Assembly: GCF_013122565.1 (NCBI RefSeq)
Contig: NZ_CP053258.1
From: Escherichia coli
GTDB lineage: Bacteria; Pseudomonadota; Gammaproteobacteria; Enterobacterales; Enterobacteriaceae
DNA length: 64,000 bases
Strand: one strand, 5' to 3'
Shown here: one piece after another, positions 1 to 11,633 of the stretch
Numbering within the stretch: the first letter of the stretch is position 1
How the letters are laid out: each line of letters begins with the position of its first letter
Notes under the pieces: model-generated
What the model was told of the DNA's origin: nothing
The model's input: the letters and a program-made list of their open reading frames with translations, nothing else
Database searches by the model: none
Translations under genes and position numbers: made by a program

Positions 1-108
1 ATTCACTTCGCAGCGCATGTGGCCTTCAATGCGCGTAATCGGGTCGACCACCAGGCGGCGTCCGGCATTATTGATGGTGTATCCCTGAGTTTCGTACTGA
101 GTGCTCAT
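1..108 (-). CDS. hyaB: Hydrogenase-1 large subunit HyaB, first 36 codons only (gene runs off the window start)
   Basis: Reverse complement of 1..108 translates [36 protein letters not shown]; ATG at 106-108 overlaps hyaA stop (ATGA). Confidence 0.85.
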   Translation of the reverse strand, partial: MSTQYETQGYTINNAGRRLVVDPITRIEGHMRCEVN

Positions 109-1223
109 GCCTGTTTATCCTCATTGCCTGGCTGATGTTCGGTTTCTGTAGGTTGCTGGTTATGACGTCTGCGCTGGTCAACGGCGCTGGCGACTGCGTG
201 CACACCAACAGCCGCTGCCACCACGCCAAGCGCGGTTAAACCGACGGTATCGGCGGTGGAATGAGTACCCATTTGCGGAATATCGACCACGCGGCTGTAG
301 AACGAACCGCGATCCCAGAAACCATTTTCCGCACAGCCCAGGCAGCCGTGACCAGACTGGATTGGGAAAGAAACGCCATCATTCCAGCGTGTGGAGGAAC
401 AGGCGTTATAGGTGGTAGGCCCTTTGCAGCCCATTTTGTACAGGCAGTAACCTTTGCGGGCAGCGTCATCATCCCAACTCTGGACGAACTCTCCGGCGTC
501 GAAGTGGGCGCGGCGATAGCATTTATCGTGGATTCGCTGACCATAGAACATCAATGGACGGCCCATTCTGTCGACATCTGGCAAGCGATCAAAGGTCACC
601 ATGTAAGTAATGATGGCGCTCATCACATCCGGGATCGGCGGGCAGCCAGGTACTTTGATAATGGGTTTGTCGGTGATGACTTTGTCGATAGGCGTTGCCT
701 GTGTCGGATTAGGTCGCGCGGCCTGCACGCAGCCCCAGGACGCGCAGGTTCCCCAGGCGATAATCGCACTGGCTCCGGCAGCGGCACGTTTAAGTTTCTC
801 AATAAACGGTCGTCCGCTGCTGATACAGAACATCCCCTGCTCGCCCAGCGGCGGATTACCTTCTACTGCGAGGATATATTTGCCATTGTATTGCGTGATG
901 ATGTCTTCAAAGACTTCTTCCGCCTGGGTTCCGGCGGCAGCCATCAAAGTATCGTCATAATCGAGGGAAATCAGGGAAAGGATGACGTCCTTTGCCAGCG
1001 GGTGAGCGGAGCGGATAAAAGATTCGGTACAGCAGGTGCATTCCAGACCGTGGATCCATACCACCGGAATGCGCGGTTTGTTCTCCAGCGCCCAGGCAAT
1101 CTTTGGTGCCATTCCCGCGCCTAATCCCAGCGACGTGGCAGCCAGACTGCAATATTTGAGAAAGCTGCGTCGGGTAACGCCCTGACGCCGCATGGCCTGG
1201 TAAAATGTTTCCTCGTTATTCAT
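105..1223 (-). CDS. hyaA: Hydrogenase-1 small subunit HyaA with Tat signal (RRSFLK), 372 aa
   Basis: ORF 105..1250 trimmed to the [25 protein letters not shown] start; Cys-rich [NiFe] small-subunit motifs. Confidence 0.93.
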   Translation of the reverse strand: MNNEETFYQAMRRQGVTRRSFLKYCSLAATSLGLGAGMAPKIAWALENKPRIPVVWIHGLECTCCTESFIRSAHPLAKDVILSLISLDYDDTLMAAAGTQAEEVFEDIITQYNGKYILAVEGNPPLGEQGMFCISSGRPFIEKLKRAAAGASAIIAWGTCASWGCVQAARPNPTQATPIDKVITDKPIIKVPGCPPIPDVMSAIITYMVTFDRLPDVDRMGRPLMFYGQRIHDKCYRRAHFDAGEFVQSWDDDAARKGYCLYKMGCKGPTTYNACSSTRWNDGVSFPIQSGHGCLGCAENGFWDRGSFYSRVVDIPQMGTHSTADTVGLTALGVVAAAVGVHAVASAVDQRRRHNQQPTETEHQPGNEDKQA

Positions 1224-1608
1224 ATCGCACGTCTCTTCTCCTTGCGACACCGGCAGGACACCGGGCGCTTATGGTCGGCAAGCGACGTCCCTGTAGCAAG
1301 GCAAACCATCGCTTCACGTGAGATGCTGAAAACGAAAGCTCATCCTTCTGCACTGGCGCACGTCGCCAGAAAGTATTGTTAATAAAGCGTAGTGAAACTT
1401 TTGCACAAAACAATACAAACTGTGTGGATTTATCTTTTAGCGATAAAAATGGACCTATTTTTCTTTTTGCCGGGCGGTGGGGATGTTTAGCCAGTTGCTA
1501 AACAAGTAAAAGAGAAGGAATTCATGGTGATGAAATGATCAATCTGCTGTTATTTCACGCTATTAATGCACTTTTGGCTGTTTTTCAGGCAAACAAACAA
1601 ATTAGGGG

Positions 1609-1637
1609 TTTACACGCCGCATCGGGATGTTTATAGT
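1609..1637 (+). promoter_or_regulatory. Putative sigma70 promoter of serT (TTTACA-17 nt-TATAGT, GC-rich discriminator)
   Basis: TTTACA at 1609-1614, TATAGT at 1632-1637, then GCGCGTC just before the tRNA 5' end. Confidence 0.5.
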
Positions 1638-1649
1638 GCGCGTCATTCC

Positions 1650-1737
1650 GGAAGTGTGGCCGAGCGGTTGAAGGCACCGGTCTTGAAAACCGGCGACCCG
1701 AAAGGGTTCCAGAGTTCGAATCTCTGCGCTTCCGCCA
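1650..1737 (+). tRNA. serT: tRNA-Ser (anticodon UGA), 88 nt with long variable arm
   Basis: GGAAGTGTGGCCGAGCGG...GGTTCCAGAGTTCGAATCTCTGCGCTTCCGCCA; anticodon loop CTTGAAA; T-loop GTTCGAATC. Confidence 0.95.
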
Positions 1738-1747
1738 AATAAGATAA

Positions 1748-1779
1748 GGGGTTAGCTAAATGCTAACCCCTTTTTCTTT
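1748..1779 (+). terminator. Rho-independent terminator after serT
   Basis: Stem GGGGTTAGC / GCTAACCCC, loop TAAAT, followed by TTTTTCTTTT. Confidence 0.75.
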
Positions 1780-1943
1780 TGCCTGTCTAAATTCTCAGGG
1801 CGTTATATTTGCTTAATGACCTGATAATCCGCTGTTAAACCTGTTCCAGATCAAATGCGTAAAGATGGGTAAAACTTCTGGGTGCCCTTACGCATTATCA
1901 TTATGCTGCTTAATTAATTACATCTGTCATAGAGAGTGACTCA

Positions 1944-2603
1944 ATGGATCGTATTGTTAGTTCTTCACATGACCGTACATCACTGCTTAGCACCCATAAG
2001 GTGCTGCGTAATACCTATTTTCTGCTGAGCCTGACGCTGGCCTTTTCGGCGATTACCGCAACTGCCAGTACGGTGCTGATGCTGCCATCTCCGGGTCTGA
2101 TTCTGACGCTGGTGGGTATGTATGGTTTGATGTTCCTGACCTATAAAACGGCGAATAAGCCGACCGGGATTATCTCCGCATTCGCCTTTACCGGTTTTCT
2201 GGGTTATATCCTCGGACCAATTCTGAATACCTATCTGTCTGCCGGAATGGGTGACGTAATCGCTATGGCACTGGGCGGAACGGCGTTAGTGTTCTTCTGC
2301 TGCTCTGCATATGTGCTGACCACCCGCAAAGATATGTCGTTCCTCGGCGGTATGCTGATGGCGGGTATTGTGGTGGTACTGATTGGTATGGTTGCGAATA
2401 TCTTCCTGCAGCTGCCTGCTCTGCATCTGGCGATCAGCGCGGTCTTCATTCTGATCTCCTCTGGCGCTATTTTGTTTGAAACCAGCAACATCATTCATGG
2501 CGGTGAAACGAACTATATTCGTGCCACGGTTAGCCTGTATGTTTCGCTGTACAACATCTTCGTCAGCCTGCTGAGCATTCTGGGCTTCGCCAGCCGCGAT
2601 TAA
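1944..2603 (+). CDS. yccA: Bax-inhibitor-1 family inner membrane protein YccA (FtsH modulator), 219 aa
   Basis: ORF 1944..2603; polytopic hydrophobic sequence matching remembered YccA. Confidence 0.93.
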   Translation: MDRIVSSSHDRTSLLSTHKVLRNTYFLLSLTLAFSAITATASTVLMLPSPGLILTLVGMYGLMFLTYKTANKPTGIISAFAFTGFLGYILGPILNTYLSAGMGDVIAMALGGTALVFFCCSAYVLTTRKDMSFLGGMLMAGIVVVLIGMVANIFLQLPALHLAISAVFILISSGAILFETSNIIHGGETNYIRATVSLYVSLYNIFVSLLSILGFASRD

Positions 2604-2625
2604 TCTCACCCGCTAACACTGTCAT

Positions 2626-2655
2626 AGCCTCGCTTTATGCGGGGCTTTGTTTTTT
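2626..2655 (+). terminator. Rho-independent terminator after yccA
   Basis: Stem AGCCTCGC / GCGGGGCT with T-rich tail TTGTTTTTT. Confidence 0.6.
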
Positions 2656-2693
2656 GTTACACTGCCGCCAGTCTGATTAAGGTAGTAATAATT

Positions 2694-3023
2694 ATGCTGA
2701 TCTTCGAAGGTAAAGAGATAGAAACGGATACCGAAGGCTATCTCAAAGAAAGCAGCCAGTGGAGTGAGCCGCTGGCAGTGGTGATTGCAGAGAACGAAGG
2801 GATTTCGCTGTCGCCAGAACACTGGGAAGTGGTGCGTTTCGTGCGTGATTTCTATCTGGAATTCAATACTTCTCCGGCGATTCGTATGCTGGTAAAAGCG
2901 ATGGCGAATAAATTTGGCGAAGAAAAAGGTAACAGCCGCTATTTATATCGACTGTTTCCGAAAGGTCCGGCTAAGCAAGCCACCAAAATTGCTGGCCTGC
3001 CAAAACCGGTAAAATGTATTTAA
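2694..3023 (+). CDS. tusE: Sulfur relay protein TusE (DsrC-like), 109 aa
   Basis: ORF 2637..3023 trimmed to ATG at 2694 ([12 protein letters not shown]...); C-terminal PKPVKCI. Confidence 0.9.
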
Positions 3024-3298
3024 CGGATACGAAAATTGGTTAATTCACCCGAGGGATGATGCGGCTCGCTGAGCACCCGTTCTACACGCGCAGAACGCGG
3101 GCCGCCACTCTTTAACCACTGCATTAATTTTTCTACCTGCCCTTCTTCACCGCAAGCAACCACTTCCACGCTGCCATCGTCAAGATTTTTGGCGTACCCG
3201 GTTAAACCCAGTCTTTTCGCTTCGTACTGTGTGGTGTAGCGAAATCCTACGCCCTGAACTCGCCCGTAAACCCAGGCAATTATGCAGACTTTCGACAT
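3020..3298 (-). CDS. yccX: Acylphosphatase YccX, 92 aa
   Basis: ORF 3020..3511 trimmed to [21 protein letters not shown] (acylphosphatase signature); ATG confirmed at 3296-3298. Confidence 0.9.
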
Positions 3299-3392
3299 TG
3301 TTGCTCTCCTTATCCTTAATGGACGCGTTGCAAATCCATGGAAAACTCCGGACAATGACGCCCATTTCTTTGTATCGACAGAAAAGTAAATT

Positions 3393-4583
3393 ATGAGTGT
3401 ACGTTTAGTGTTAGCCAAAGGGCGCGAAAAATCATTACTTCGTCGCCATCCGTGGGTCTTTTCCGGGGCCGTTGCCCGCATGGAAGGTAAAGCCAGCCTC
3501 GGTGAAACCATCGATATTGTTGATCATCAGGGAAAATGGTTAGCACGCGGCGCTTATTCGCCAGCTTCGCAAATCCGGGCGCGCGTCTGGACGTTTGACC
3601 CGTCTGAGTCTATCGACATTGCTTTTTTTTCCCGCCGTTTGCAACAAGCACAAAAATGGCGTGACTGGCTGGCGCAAAAAGATGGCCTCGACAGCTATCG
3701 TTTAATCGCCGGAGAATCTGATGGCCTGCCGGGTATTACTATCGATCGTTTCGGTAATTTTCTGGTGCTGCAACTGCTGAGTGCTGGGGCAGAGTATCAG
3801 CGCGCGGCATTAGTTAGCGCCCTGCAAACGCTTTACCCGGAATGTGCGATTTACGATCGTAGCGATGTTGCGGTACGTAAAAAAGAAGGGATGGAGCTGA
3901 CCCAGGGCCCAGTCACCGGCGAGTTGCCGCCTGCCCTGCTGCCGATTGAAGAACACGGCATGAAGCTGCTGGTGGATATTCAGCACGGACACAAAACGGG
4001 CTACTACCTGGACCAGCGAGACAGCCGCCTGGCTACCCGCCGCTACGTTGAAAATAAACGTGTGCTGAACTGTTTCTCCTATACCGGTGGTTTCGCCGTA
4101 TCGGCACTGATGGGCGGTTGCAGCCAGGTTGTCAGCGTTGATACCTCCCAGGAAGCGCTGGATATTGCACGGCAGAACGTTGAGCTGAACAAACTGGATC
4201 TGAGCAAGGCTGAGTTTGTCCGTGATGATGTCTTTAAATTGCTGCGTACTTATCGCGATCGCGGTGAAAAATTTGACGTTATCGTGATGGACCCGCCGAA
4301 GTTTGTTGAGAATAAAAGCCAGTTGATGGGCGCGTGTCGTGGCTATAAAGATATCAACATGCTGGCGATTCAGTTGCTGAATGAAGGCGGTATTCTCCTG
4401 ACTTTCTCCTGTTCCGGTCTGATGACCAGCGATTTATTTCAGAAAATCATCGCGGATGCCGCAATTGATGCCGGCCGTGATGTACAATTTATAGAGCAGT
4501 TCCGTCAGGCAGCCGATCATCCGGTGATCGCTACCTACCCGGAAGGGCTATATCTGAAAGGGTTTGCCTGTCGCGTCATGTAA
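3393..4583 (+). CDS. rlmI: 23S rRNA m5C1962 methyltransferase RlmI, 396 aa
   Basis: ORF 3393..4583; PUA-like N-terminus plus SAM-dependent methyltransferase fold. Confidence 0.93.
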   Translation: MSVRLVLAKGREKSLLRRHPWVFSGAVARMEGKASLGETIDIVDHQGKWLARGAYSPASQIRARVWTFDPSESIDIAFFSRRLQQAQKWRDWLAQKDGLDSYRLIAGESDGLPGITIDRFGNFLVLQLLSAGAEYQRAALVSALQTLYPECAIYDRSDVAVRKKEGMELTQGPVTGELPPALLPIEEHGMKLLVDIQHGHKTGYYLDQRDSRLATRRYVENKRVLNCFSYTGGFAVSALMGGCSQVVSVDTSQEALDIARQNVELNKLDLSKAEFVRDDVFKLLRTYRDRGEKFDVIVMDPPKFVENKSQLMGACRGYKDINMLAIQLLNEGGILLTFSCSGLMTSDLFQKIIADAAIDAGRDVQFIEQFRQAADHPVIATYPEGLYLKGFACRVM

Positions 4584-4958
<375 letters not shown>

Positions 4959-4967
4959 TCCCTGAAC

Positions 4968-5007
4968 AAATCCCCGGAAGGTTTTTGCCTTCCGGGGATT
5001 TTTTTAT
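4968..5007. terminator. Bidirectional Rho-independent terminator between convergent hspQ and yccU
   Basis: 10-bp stem CCCCGGAAGG / CCTTCCGGGG flanked by A-run and T-run. Confidence 0.8.
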
Positions 5008-5417
5008 TTGGCCAGGCCCAGGCGAGGGATCTCAATAGCCGGGCAGCGATCCATCACCACATTTAACCCGGCATCCCGTGCCAGTACTGCCGCTTGCTCA
5101 TTAATCACCCCCAGTTGCATCCAGAGGGTTTTCGCGCCAATGGCAATAGCTTCCTGTGCCACGCCCCACGCCGCTTCTGAATTACGGAAAACATCGACCA
5201 TATCGACCTTTTCCGGAACGTCTGCCAGCGTGCCATACCCCTGCTGGCCCAGCAGCGTTTTGCCGGCAACTTTTGGCGAAACCGGAATGACGTGATACCC
5301 CTGGTCGAGTAGATATTTCATCACGCGATAGCTGGGACGATCGGGTTTGTCGCTTGCCCCCACCAGCGCAATGGTGTGAGTGGACGTTAAAATACCTGCA
5401 ATATCGGTTTCTTTCAT
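5004..5417 (-). CDS. yccU: CoA-binding domain protein YccU, 137 aa
   Basis: ORF 5004..5498 trimmed to [30 protein letters not shown]; ATG confirmed 5415-5417. Confidence 0.88.
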   Translation of the reverse strand: MKETDIAGILTSTHTIALVGASDKPDRPSYRVMKYLLDQGYHVIPVSPKVAGKTLLGQQGYGTLADVPEKVDMVDVFRNSEAAWGVAQEAIAIGAKTLWMQLGVINEQAAVLARDAGLNVVMDRCPAIEIPRLGLAK

Positions 5418-5589
5418 TATTTCCTCCAGACTGTTTAACAAAGTGTACGACAAAGCCGACATGCCAACCATGCAGCTAATACGAATGAATGAGAGCAAAA
5501 GCGGGAAATATGTCTATATGTTAGTAAGTATGATTAAAGAAAAATTTTGACACATTATTATTTGGGCGGTCTTTTGACAGGAGCTACCT

Positions 5590-6252
5590 ATGAAAACCGG
5601 CATCGTGACCACCTTGATTGCATTATGTTTGCCGGTATCCGTTTTTGCCACCACGCTGCGGCTTTCAACCGATGTCGATCTTCTGGTACTCGACGGCAAG
5701 AAGGTTTCCAGCTCTCTGCTGCGCGGTGCGGACAGCATTGAACTGGATAATGGACCGCATCAGTTAGTGTTTCGCGTTGAGAAGACGATTCATCTTTCCA
5801 ATAGTGAAGAGCGGCTGTATATCTCCCCACCGCTGGTGGTCAGTTTTAATACCCAGCTCATCAACCAGGTCAATTTTCGCCTGCCTCGCCTGGAGAATGA
5901 GCGGGAAGCTAACCATTTTGATGCCGCGCCGTACCTTGAATTGTTGGATGGCGATGCGACGCCAATTCCGGTAAAGCTGGATATTCTCGCCATTACCTCA
6001 ACGGCAAAAACGATTGATTATGAGGTCGAGGTTGAACGCTATAACAAATCTGCGAAACGCGCTTCACTACCGCAATTTGCCACGATGATGGCAGATGACA
6101 GTACGCTGCTTTCGGGTGTTTCCGAGCTGGATGCTATTCCACCGCAGTCTCAGGTGCTCACAGAACAACGGCTGAAGTATTGGTTTAAACTGGCTGATCC
6201 CCAAACGCGAAATACTTTCCTGCAATGGGCGGAAAAACAACCATCTTCCTGA
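5590..6252 (+). CDS. yccT: Secreted DUF2057 family protein YccT, 220 aa with signal peptide
   Basis: ORF 5590..6252; N-terminal signal [20 protein letters not shown]. Confidence 0.9.
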   Translation: MKTGIVTTLIALCLPVSVFATTLRLSTDVDLLVLDGKKVSSSLLRGADSIELDNGPHQLVFRVEKTIHLSNSEERLYISPPLVVSFNTQLINQVNFRLPRLENEREANHFDAAPYLELLDGDATPIPVKLDILAITSTAKTIDYEVEVERYNKSAKRASLPQFATMMADDSTLLSGVSELDAIPPQSQVLTEQRLKYWFKLADPQTRNTFLQWAEKQPSS

Positions 6253-6347
6253 GATTTTTGTGCCTGTGCGCAGGCTTTTTCGGTCTTTATCTTGCAGCGA
6301 TAAGTGCTTACAGTAATCTGTAGGAAAGTTAACTACGGATGTACATT

Positions 6348-6806
6348 ATGGAACTGACGACTCGCACTTTACCTGCGCGGAAACATATTGCGCTGGTGGC
6401 ACACGATCACTGCAAACAAATGCTGATGAGCTGGGTGGAACGGCATCAACCGTTACTGGAACAACACGTACTGTATGCAACAGGCACTACCGGTAACTTA
6501 ATTTCCCGCGCGACCGGCATGAACGTCAACGCGATGTTGAGTGGCCCAATGGGGGGTGACCAGCAGGTTGGCGCATTGATCTCAGAAGGAAAAATTGATG
6601 TATTGATTTTCTTCTGGGACCCACTAAATGCCGTGCCGCACGATCCTGACGTGAAAGCCTTGCTGCGTCTGGCGACGGTATGGAACATTCCGGTCGCCAC
6701 CAACGTGGCAACGGCAGACTTCATAATCCAGTCGCCGCGTTTCAACGACGCGGTCGATATTCTGATCCCCGATTATCAGCGTTATCTCGCGGACCGTCTG
6801 AAGTAA
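6348..6806 (+). CDS. mgsA: Methylglyoxal synthase MgsA, 152 aa
   Basis: ORF 6339..6806 trimmed to [23 protein letters not shown]. Confidence 0.92.
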   Translation: MELTTRTLPARKHIALVAHDHCKQMLMSWVERHQPLLEQHVLYATGTTGNLISRATGMNVNAMLSGPMGGDQQVGALISEGKIDVLIFFWDPLNAVPHDPDVKALLRLATVWNIPVATNVATADFIIQSPRFNDAVDILIPDYQRYLADRLK

Positions 6807-6813
6807 TATTGCA

Positions 6814-6833
6814 CAGGTGGCAAACGCCACCTG
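6814..6833. terminator. Hairpin shared by convergent mgsA and helD
   Basis: Stem CAGGTGGC / GCCACCTG, loop AAAC, in the 31-bp gap between the two stop codons. Confidence 0.65.
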
Positions 6834-6837
6834 TTTC

Positions 6838-8892
6838 TTACGGTTTTCTCGCTACCGGCACATCCAGATTTTTCAGTATTTCCACAAAGGGAGAGGGATT
6901 CTCTTTGTTAAACAGTGCCCATACCCGATGGCGTGCCCGGGTCAGCGCCACGTACATTAACCGCCGTTCTTCAGCGTCCGGGAAATCCTCAACCGGTGGC
7001 AGTAGCGCCTCTTCCATAATCGACTCCCGCGCCGCAGCCGGAAAACCATCACTCCCCTCCTGCAAGCCAACGATGATGACGTAATCCGCCTGTTGCCCTT
7101 TGCTGGCATGAATGGTCATAAAGTCGATTTGCAACTTCGGCCAGCGTGTTGCCGCTTTTTCCAGGCTGGCAGGTCTCATGTGATGGTAACGCGCCAGGAT
7201 AAGAATGCGCTCTTCCGGTTTGGCATAACCAGAGAGCTTATCCAGCAAAGCGTCAAGTTGACTCTCATCCAATAACGTGACGGCTTTTTTGTCTCCATTG
7301 GTTAAGCTGTTTAGCGGCTTTTTCAACTGGCCTGGGTTCTGCTGAATAAACCGGTTTGCCACCTCACCGATACGACTGTTAAAACGGTAAGTCGTGTCTA
7401 AATCACAGCGATCGCCTTCACCAAAGTTTTCATGGAAAGCGGTGGTGAGCGACATTTGCGCACCGCTGAATCGGTAAATCGCCTGCCAGTCATCACCAAC
7501 GGCGAACAACGTCGTCTGACTGTTTTGCTTGCGTAATGCCGCTAACAACGCTGCACGCTGCGGCGAGATATCCTGAAATTCATCAACCAGAATATGCTTC
7601 CACGGGCTGATAAAGCGACCTTTCTCCAGAATCACAATCGCCTGGTGAATAAGGCCCGAAAAATCGACAGCGTTTTCTGCCTTCAGCGCACCTTTCCAGG
7701 CTTTTAATAACGGGGCCATCAACTTGATACGTTTACTGAACAGATCGCGAATCTCTTCGGGTGCACTGGCAATCATTTCTGCCTGTGCACCGCCGTGCAT
7801 CCGCATCAGACTTACCCAACGATCGAGGCGTGAGGCAAGACGACGCTGTAATTTTTCATCATCCCAGAAGTTACCTTCTGGCACTGACCACTGCATTTCT
7901 TCCGTCAGCCATTGCCGCCAGCCCTTCGCCTGCGCTTTCTTTTCGCTGCATTGCTTGCGCCACTCAGCAATAAAGAGTTCATGACGGGCAGCGGTATCAT
8001 TTTCCAGTTTGCTGACTATCGGAACTTTTTTGCTGCCCTGCTGAATAATATGCAGCGCCAGCGCATGAAACGTGCGTGCGGTAATGTCTTCAGTATGTAG
8101 CCGTTCGCGAATACGCTCGTCCATCTCTTCAGCGGCTTTGCGACCAAACGCCAGCAATAAAATTTGCTCAGGGGACGCTTCACCACGCGCCAGCAACCAG
8201 CCTGCACGGGCCACCAGCACCGACGTTTTTCCGCTTCCTGCACCTGCCAGCACTAACAGAGAATGCTCGCCATTAACGACTGCCCGGGCCTGCGCCGGAT
8301 TCAGCGGTGAAGACTCGACCTGGCGGAAAAAATCCGCATACTCGGTAAGCATGGCTTCGGTATACGCCTGGTTATGCTGCAACCGAGCGCTTTCAATATC
8401 TTTCAACCAGGCCTGACATTTACGCCACGCCTCACGGCAGTTATCGAATTCTTCCAGTCGGTTAACCGGCAACGGCAACGCCGACATAGCCTGGCGGATT
8501 TGTTGCTGAACGCCAGAGGTTTGCTCACGCGTCAGCCATTTATTTTCTCCAGTGTGCGTGGCAATCAAATCCAGTTGCTGGCGTAAAACACCAGACGCAA
8601 TTTCGCTCATCTCGCCACTCCACCGCCGCCAGTGAGCATCAAGATGATGGTAAAAACGCTGCGTCTCGCCCCATTCGGTGCCGTGCAGACGCACCACTTT
8701 TTCATCCGGCAGTACAAACTCCAGTTCGCCCCATACCAGACCACGCTTACAGTGAATCGCCAGTAATTGATTGAAAGGAATAAGGTATTCGTGGCGATCG
8801 CCGGAGACTTTAATCCCGGCATTGAGGATCACCGCCCGATCATAAGGGTGCTGTGCCAGACGTTTTCCAAGCGTTGTCGCTTTCAGTTCCAT
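6838..8892 (-). CDS. helD: DNA helicase IV (UvrD-family SF1 helicase), 684 aa
   Basis: ORF 6838..8985 trimmed to MELKATTLGKRLAQHPYD; Walker A AGAGSGKTS; ATG confirmed 8890-8892. Confidence 0.92.
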   Translation of the reverse strand: MELKATTLGKRLAQHPYDRAVILNAGIKVSGDRHEYLIPFNQLLAIHCKRGLVWGELEFVLPDEKVVRLHGTEWGETQRFYHHLDAHWRRWSGEMSEIASGVLRQQLDLIATHTGENKWLTREQTSGVQQQIRQAMSALPLPVNRLEEFDNCREAWRKCQAWLKDIESARLQHNQAYTEAMLTEYADFFRQVESSPLNPAQARAVVNGEHSLLVLAGAGSGKTSVLVARAGWLLARGEASPEQILLLAFGRKAAEEMDERIRERLHTEDITARTFHALALHIIQQGSKKVPIVSKLENDTAARHELFIAEWRKQCSEKKAQAKGWRQWLTEEMQWSVPEGNFWDDEKLQRRLASRLDRWVSLMRMHGGAQAEMIASAPEEIRDLFSKRIKLMAPLLKAWKGALKAENAVDFSGLIHQAIVILEKGRFISPWKHILVDEFQDISPQRAALLAALRKQNSQTTLFAVGDDWQAIYRFSGAQMSLTTAFHENFGEGDRCDLDTTYRFNSRIGEVANRFIQQNPGQLKKPLNSLTNGDKKAVTLLDESQLDALLDKLSGYAKPEERILILARYHHMRPASLEKAATRWPKLQIDFMTIHASKGQQADYVIIVGLQEGSDGFPAAARESIMEEALLPPVEDFPDAEERRLMYVALTRARHRVWALFNKENPSPFVEILKNLDVPVARKP

Positions 8893-9014
8893 GACTCTGT
8901 AGATCCACACGAAATTATTTCTTATCAGTGTAACCGTCAGAGAAAACGTGCTCCAGCCCAAAAAAACGTTACAATTGCCGCCCATTACTGAAAACCACAG
9001 TAAAGCGAGGTTTT

Positions 9015-9461
9015 ATGCGTACCGTTTTGAACATTCTGAACTTTGTGCTTGGCGGATTTGCCACCACTCTGGGCTGGCTGTTGGCGACTCTGGTCAGTAT
9101 TATGCTGATTTTTACCTTACCGCTGACACGATCCTGCTGGGAGATCACTAAACTGTCTCTGGTGCCTTATGGCAATGAAGCTATTCATGTCGATGAACTG
9201 AACCCGGCTGGCAAAAATGTGCTGCTGAATACTGGCGGTACGGTATTGAATATTTTCTGGCTGATTTTCTTTGGCTGGTGGTTATGCCTGATGCACATTG
9301 CAACGGGCATCGCACAATGTATTTCCATCATTGGCATTCCTGTCGGCATTGCGAACTTTAAAATTGCCGCTATTGCACTATGGCCGGTCGGTCGTCGCGT
9401 GGTATCGGTAGAAACAGCGCAAGCTGCGCGTGAAGCCAATGCACGTCGTCGTTTTGAATAA
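9015..9461 (+). CDS. yccF: Inner membrane protein YccF (DUF307), 148 aa
   Basis: ORF 9015..9461; hydrophobic. Confidence 0.9.
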   Translation: MRTVLNILNFVLGGFATTLGWLLATLVSIMLIFTLPLTRSCWEITKLSLVPYGNEAIHVDELNPAGKNVLLNTGGTVLNIFWLIFFGWWLCLMHIATGIAQCISIIGIPVGIANFKIAAIALWPVGRRVVSVETAQAAREANARRRFE

Positions 9462-9479
9462 TCCACTAATATGGCCTTT

Positions 9480-11633
9480 ATGCTAAGTCCTTTGCTCAAA
9501 CGCTATACCTGGAACAGCGCCTGGCTGTATTACGCGCGTATTTTTATTGCGCTTTGTGGAACCACAGCGTTTCCGTGGTGGCTGGGTGATGTAAAACTGA
9601 CGATTCCGCTGACGCTGGGGATGGTGGCAGCGGCGCTGACCGATCTCGATGACCGACTGGCGGGACGTTTGCGTAACCTCATCATTACGCTGTTCTGCTT
9701 TTTTATCGCCTCGGCCTCAGTAGAATTGCTGTTTCCCTGGCCCTGGCTATTTGCGATTGGCTTAACGCTCTCTACCAGCGGCTTCATTTTGCTCGGCGGT
9801 CTGGGTCAACGCTATGCAACAATTGCCTTCGGTGCATTGCTGATCGCCATTTACACTATGTTGGGAACATCACTGTATGAGCACTGGTATCAGCAGCCGA
9901 TGTATCTGCTGGCCGGTGCCGTCTGGTACAACGTCCTGACACTTATTGGTCATCTGCTGTTCCCGGTCCGCCCGCTGCAGGACAACCTGGCGCGTTGCTA
10001 TGAACAACTGGCGCGTTATCTTGAGCTCAAGTCGCGCATGTTTGATCCTGATATTGAAGATGAAAGCCAGGCACCGCTGTACGATTTGGCTCTCGCCAAC
10101 GGTCAGCTGATGGCGACATTGAATCAGACGAAACTCTCGCTGCTGACCCGCTTACGTGGCGATCGTGGTCAACGGGGAACGCGTCGCACGCTGCATTATT
10201 ACTTTGTCGCACAGGATATTCACGAGCGTGCCAGCTCTTCTCATATTCAGTATCAAACATTGCGTGAACATTTTCGCCACAGCGACGTGCTGTTCCGTTT
10301 TCAGCGGCTGATGTCGATGCAGGGCCAGGCGTGCCAGCAACTGTCACGCTGTATTTTGCTGCGTCAGCCTTATCAACATGATCCGCATTTTGAGCGCGCT
10401 TTTACGCATATTGATGCTGCCCTGGAGCGGATGCGCGATAACGGCGCGCCTGCCGATTTACTCAAAACACTGGGATTTTTGCTGAACAATTTACGCGCCA
10501 TTGATGCCCAACTGGCAACAATTGAATCAGAACAGGCCCAGGCACTGCCCCATAATAATGACGAAAATGAGCTCGCTGATGACAGCCCGCACGGATTGAG
10601 TGATATCTGGCTGCGTCTTAGCCGTCACTTCACGCCGGAATCCGCCCTCTTCCGTCATGCGGTAAGAATGTCGCTGGTGTTGTGCTTCGGCTACGCCATC
10701 ATTCAAATAACCGGAATGCATCACGGGTATTGGATCTTGCTGACAAGTTTGTTTGTCTGCCAGCCAAACTATAACGCCACGCGCCACCGCCTGAAGTTAA
10801 GGATTATTGGTACGCTGGTAGGTATCGCCATTGGCATTCCTGTGCTGTGGTTTGTACCGTCACTGGAAGGGCAGCTGGTGCTACTGGTTATTACCGGCGT
10901 GCTCTTTTTTGCCTTCCGTAACGTGCAATATGCCCATGCAACGATGTTCATCACACTTTTGGTGCTACTGTGTTTTAACTTGCTGGGTGAAGGTTTTGAA
11001 GTAGCGTTACCTCGCGTAATCGATACGCTGATTGGTTGTGCCATTGCGTGGGCGGCAGTGAGCTACATCTGGCCTGACTGGAAGTTTCGCAATCTGCCGC
11101 GCATGCTCGAACGCGCCACAGAGGCCAACTGTCGCTATCTCGATGCCATACTGGAGCAATACCATCAGGGGCGTGATAACCGTCTGGCGTATCGTATTGC
11201 CCGCCGCGATGCACACAACCGTGATGCTGAACTGGCGTCGGTGGTATCAAATATGTCCAGCGAACCGAACGTTACCCCGCAAATTCGCGAAGCCGCGTTT
11301 CGGTTGCTGTGCCTTAACCATACGTTTACCAGCTATATCTCAGCCCTCGGTGCTCACCGGGAGCAGTTAACTAATCCTGAAATTCTGGCGTTTCTTGATG
11401 ACGCAGTTTGCTATGTTGATGACGCGTTACATCATCAACCTGCTGATGAAGAACGCGTCAATCAGGCATTAGCTGGCCTGAAACAGCGGATGCAGCAACT
11501 TGAACCACGGGCAGACAGCAAAGAACCTCTGGTCGTACAACAAGTTGGGTTATTGATTGCATTACTGCCAGAGATTGGTCGTCTGCAACGCCAGATTACT
11601 CAAGTTCCGCAGGAAACTCCTGTTTCGGCGTAA
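9480..11633 (+). CDS. yccS: Inner membrane protein YccS (FUSC-like), 717 aa
   Basis: ORF 9471..11633; start set at second ATG (MLSPLLKRYTWNSAW) per remembered 717-aa length; 9471 is an alternative. Confidence 0.85.
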   Translation: MLSPLLKRYTWNSAWLYYARIFIALCGTTAFPWWLGDVKLTIPLTLGMVAAALTDLDDRLAGRLRNLIITLFCFFIASASVELLFPWPWLFAIGLTLSTSGFILLGGLGQRYATIAFGALLIAIYTMLGTSLYEHWYQQPMYLLAGAVWYNVLTLIGHLLFPVRPLQDNLARCYEQLARYLELKSRMFDPDIEDESQAPLYDLALANGQLMATLNQTKLSLLTRLRGDRGQRGTRRTLHYYFVAQDIHERASSSHIQYQTLREHFRHSDVLFRFQRLMSMQGQACQQLSRCILLRQPYQHDPHFERAFTHIDAALERMRDNGAPADLLKTLGFLLNNLRAIDAQLATIESEQAQALPHNNDENELADDSPHGLSDIWLRLSRHFTPESALFRHAVRMSLVLCFGYAIIQITGMHHGYWILLTSLFVCQPNYNATRHRLKLRIIGTLVGIAIGIPVLWFVPSLEGQLVLLVITGVLFFAFRNVQYAHATMFITLLVLLCFNLLGEGFEVALPRVIDTLIGCAIAWAAVSYIWPDWKFRNLPRMLERATEANCRYLDAILEQYHQGRDNRLAYRIARRDAHNRDAELASVVSNMSSEPNVTPQIREAAFRLLCLNHTFTSYISALGAHREQLTNPEILAFLDDAVCYVDDALHHQPADEERVNQALAGLKQRMQQLEPRADSKEPLVVQQVGLLIALLPEIGRLQRQITQVPQETPVSA

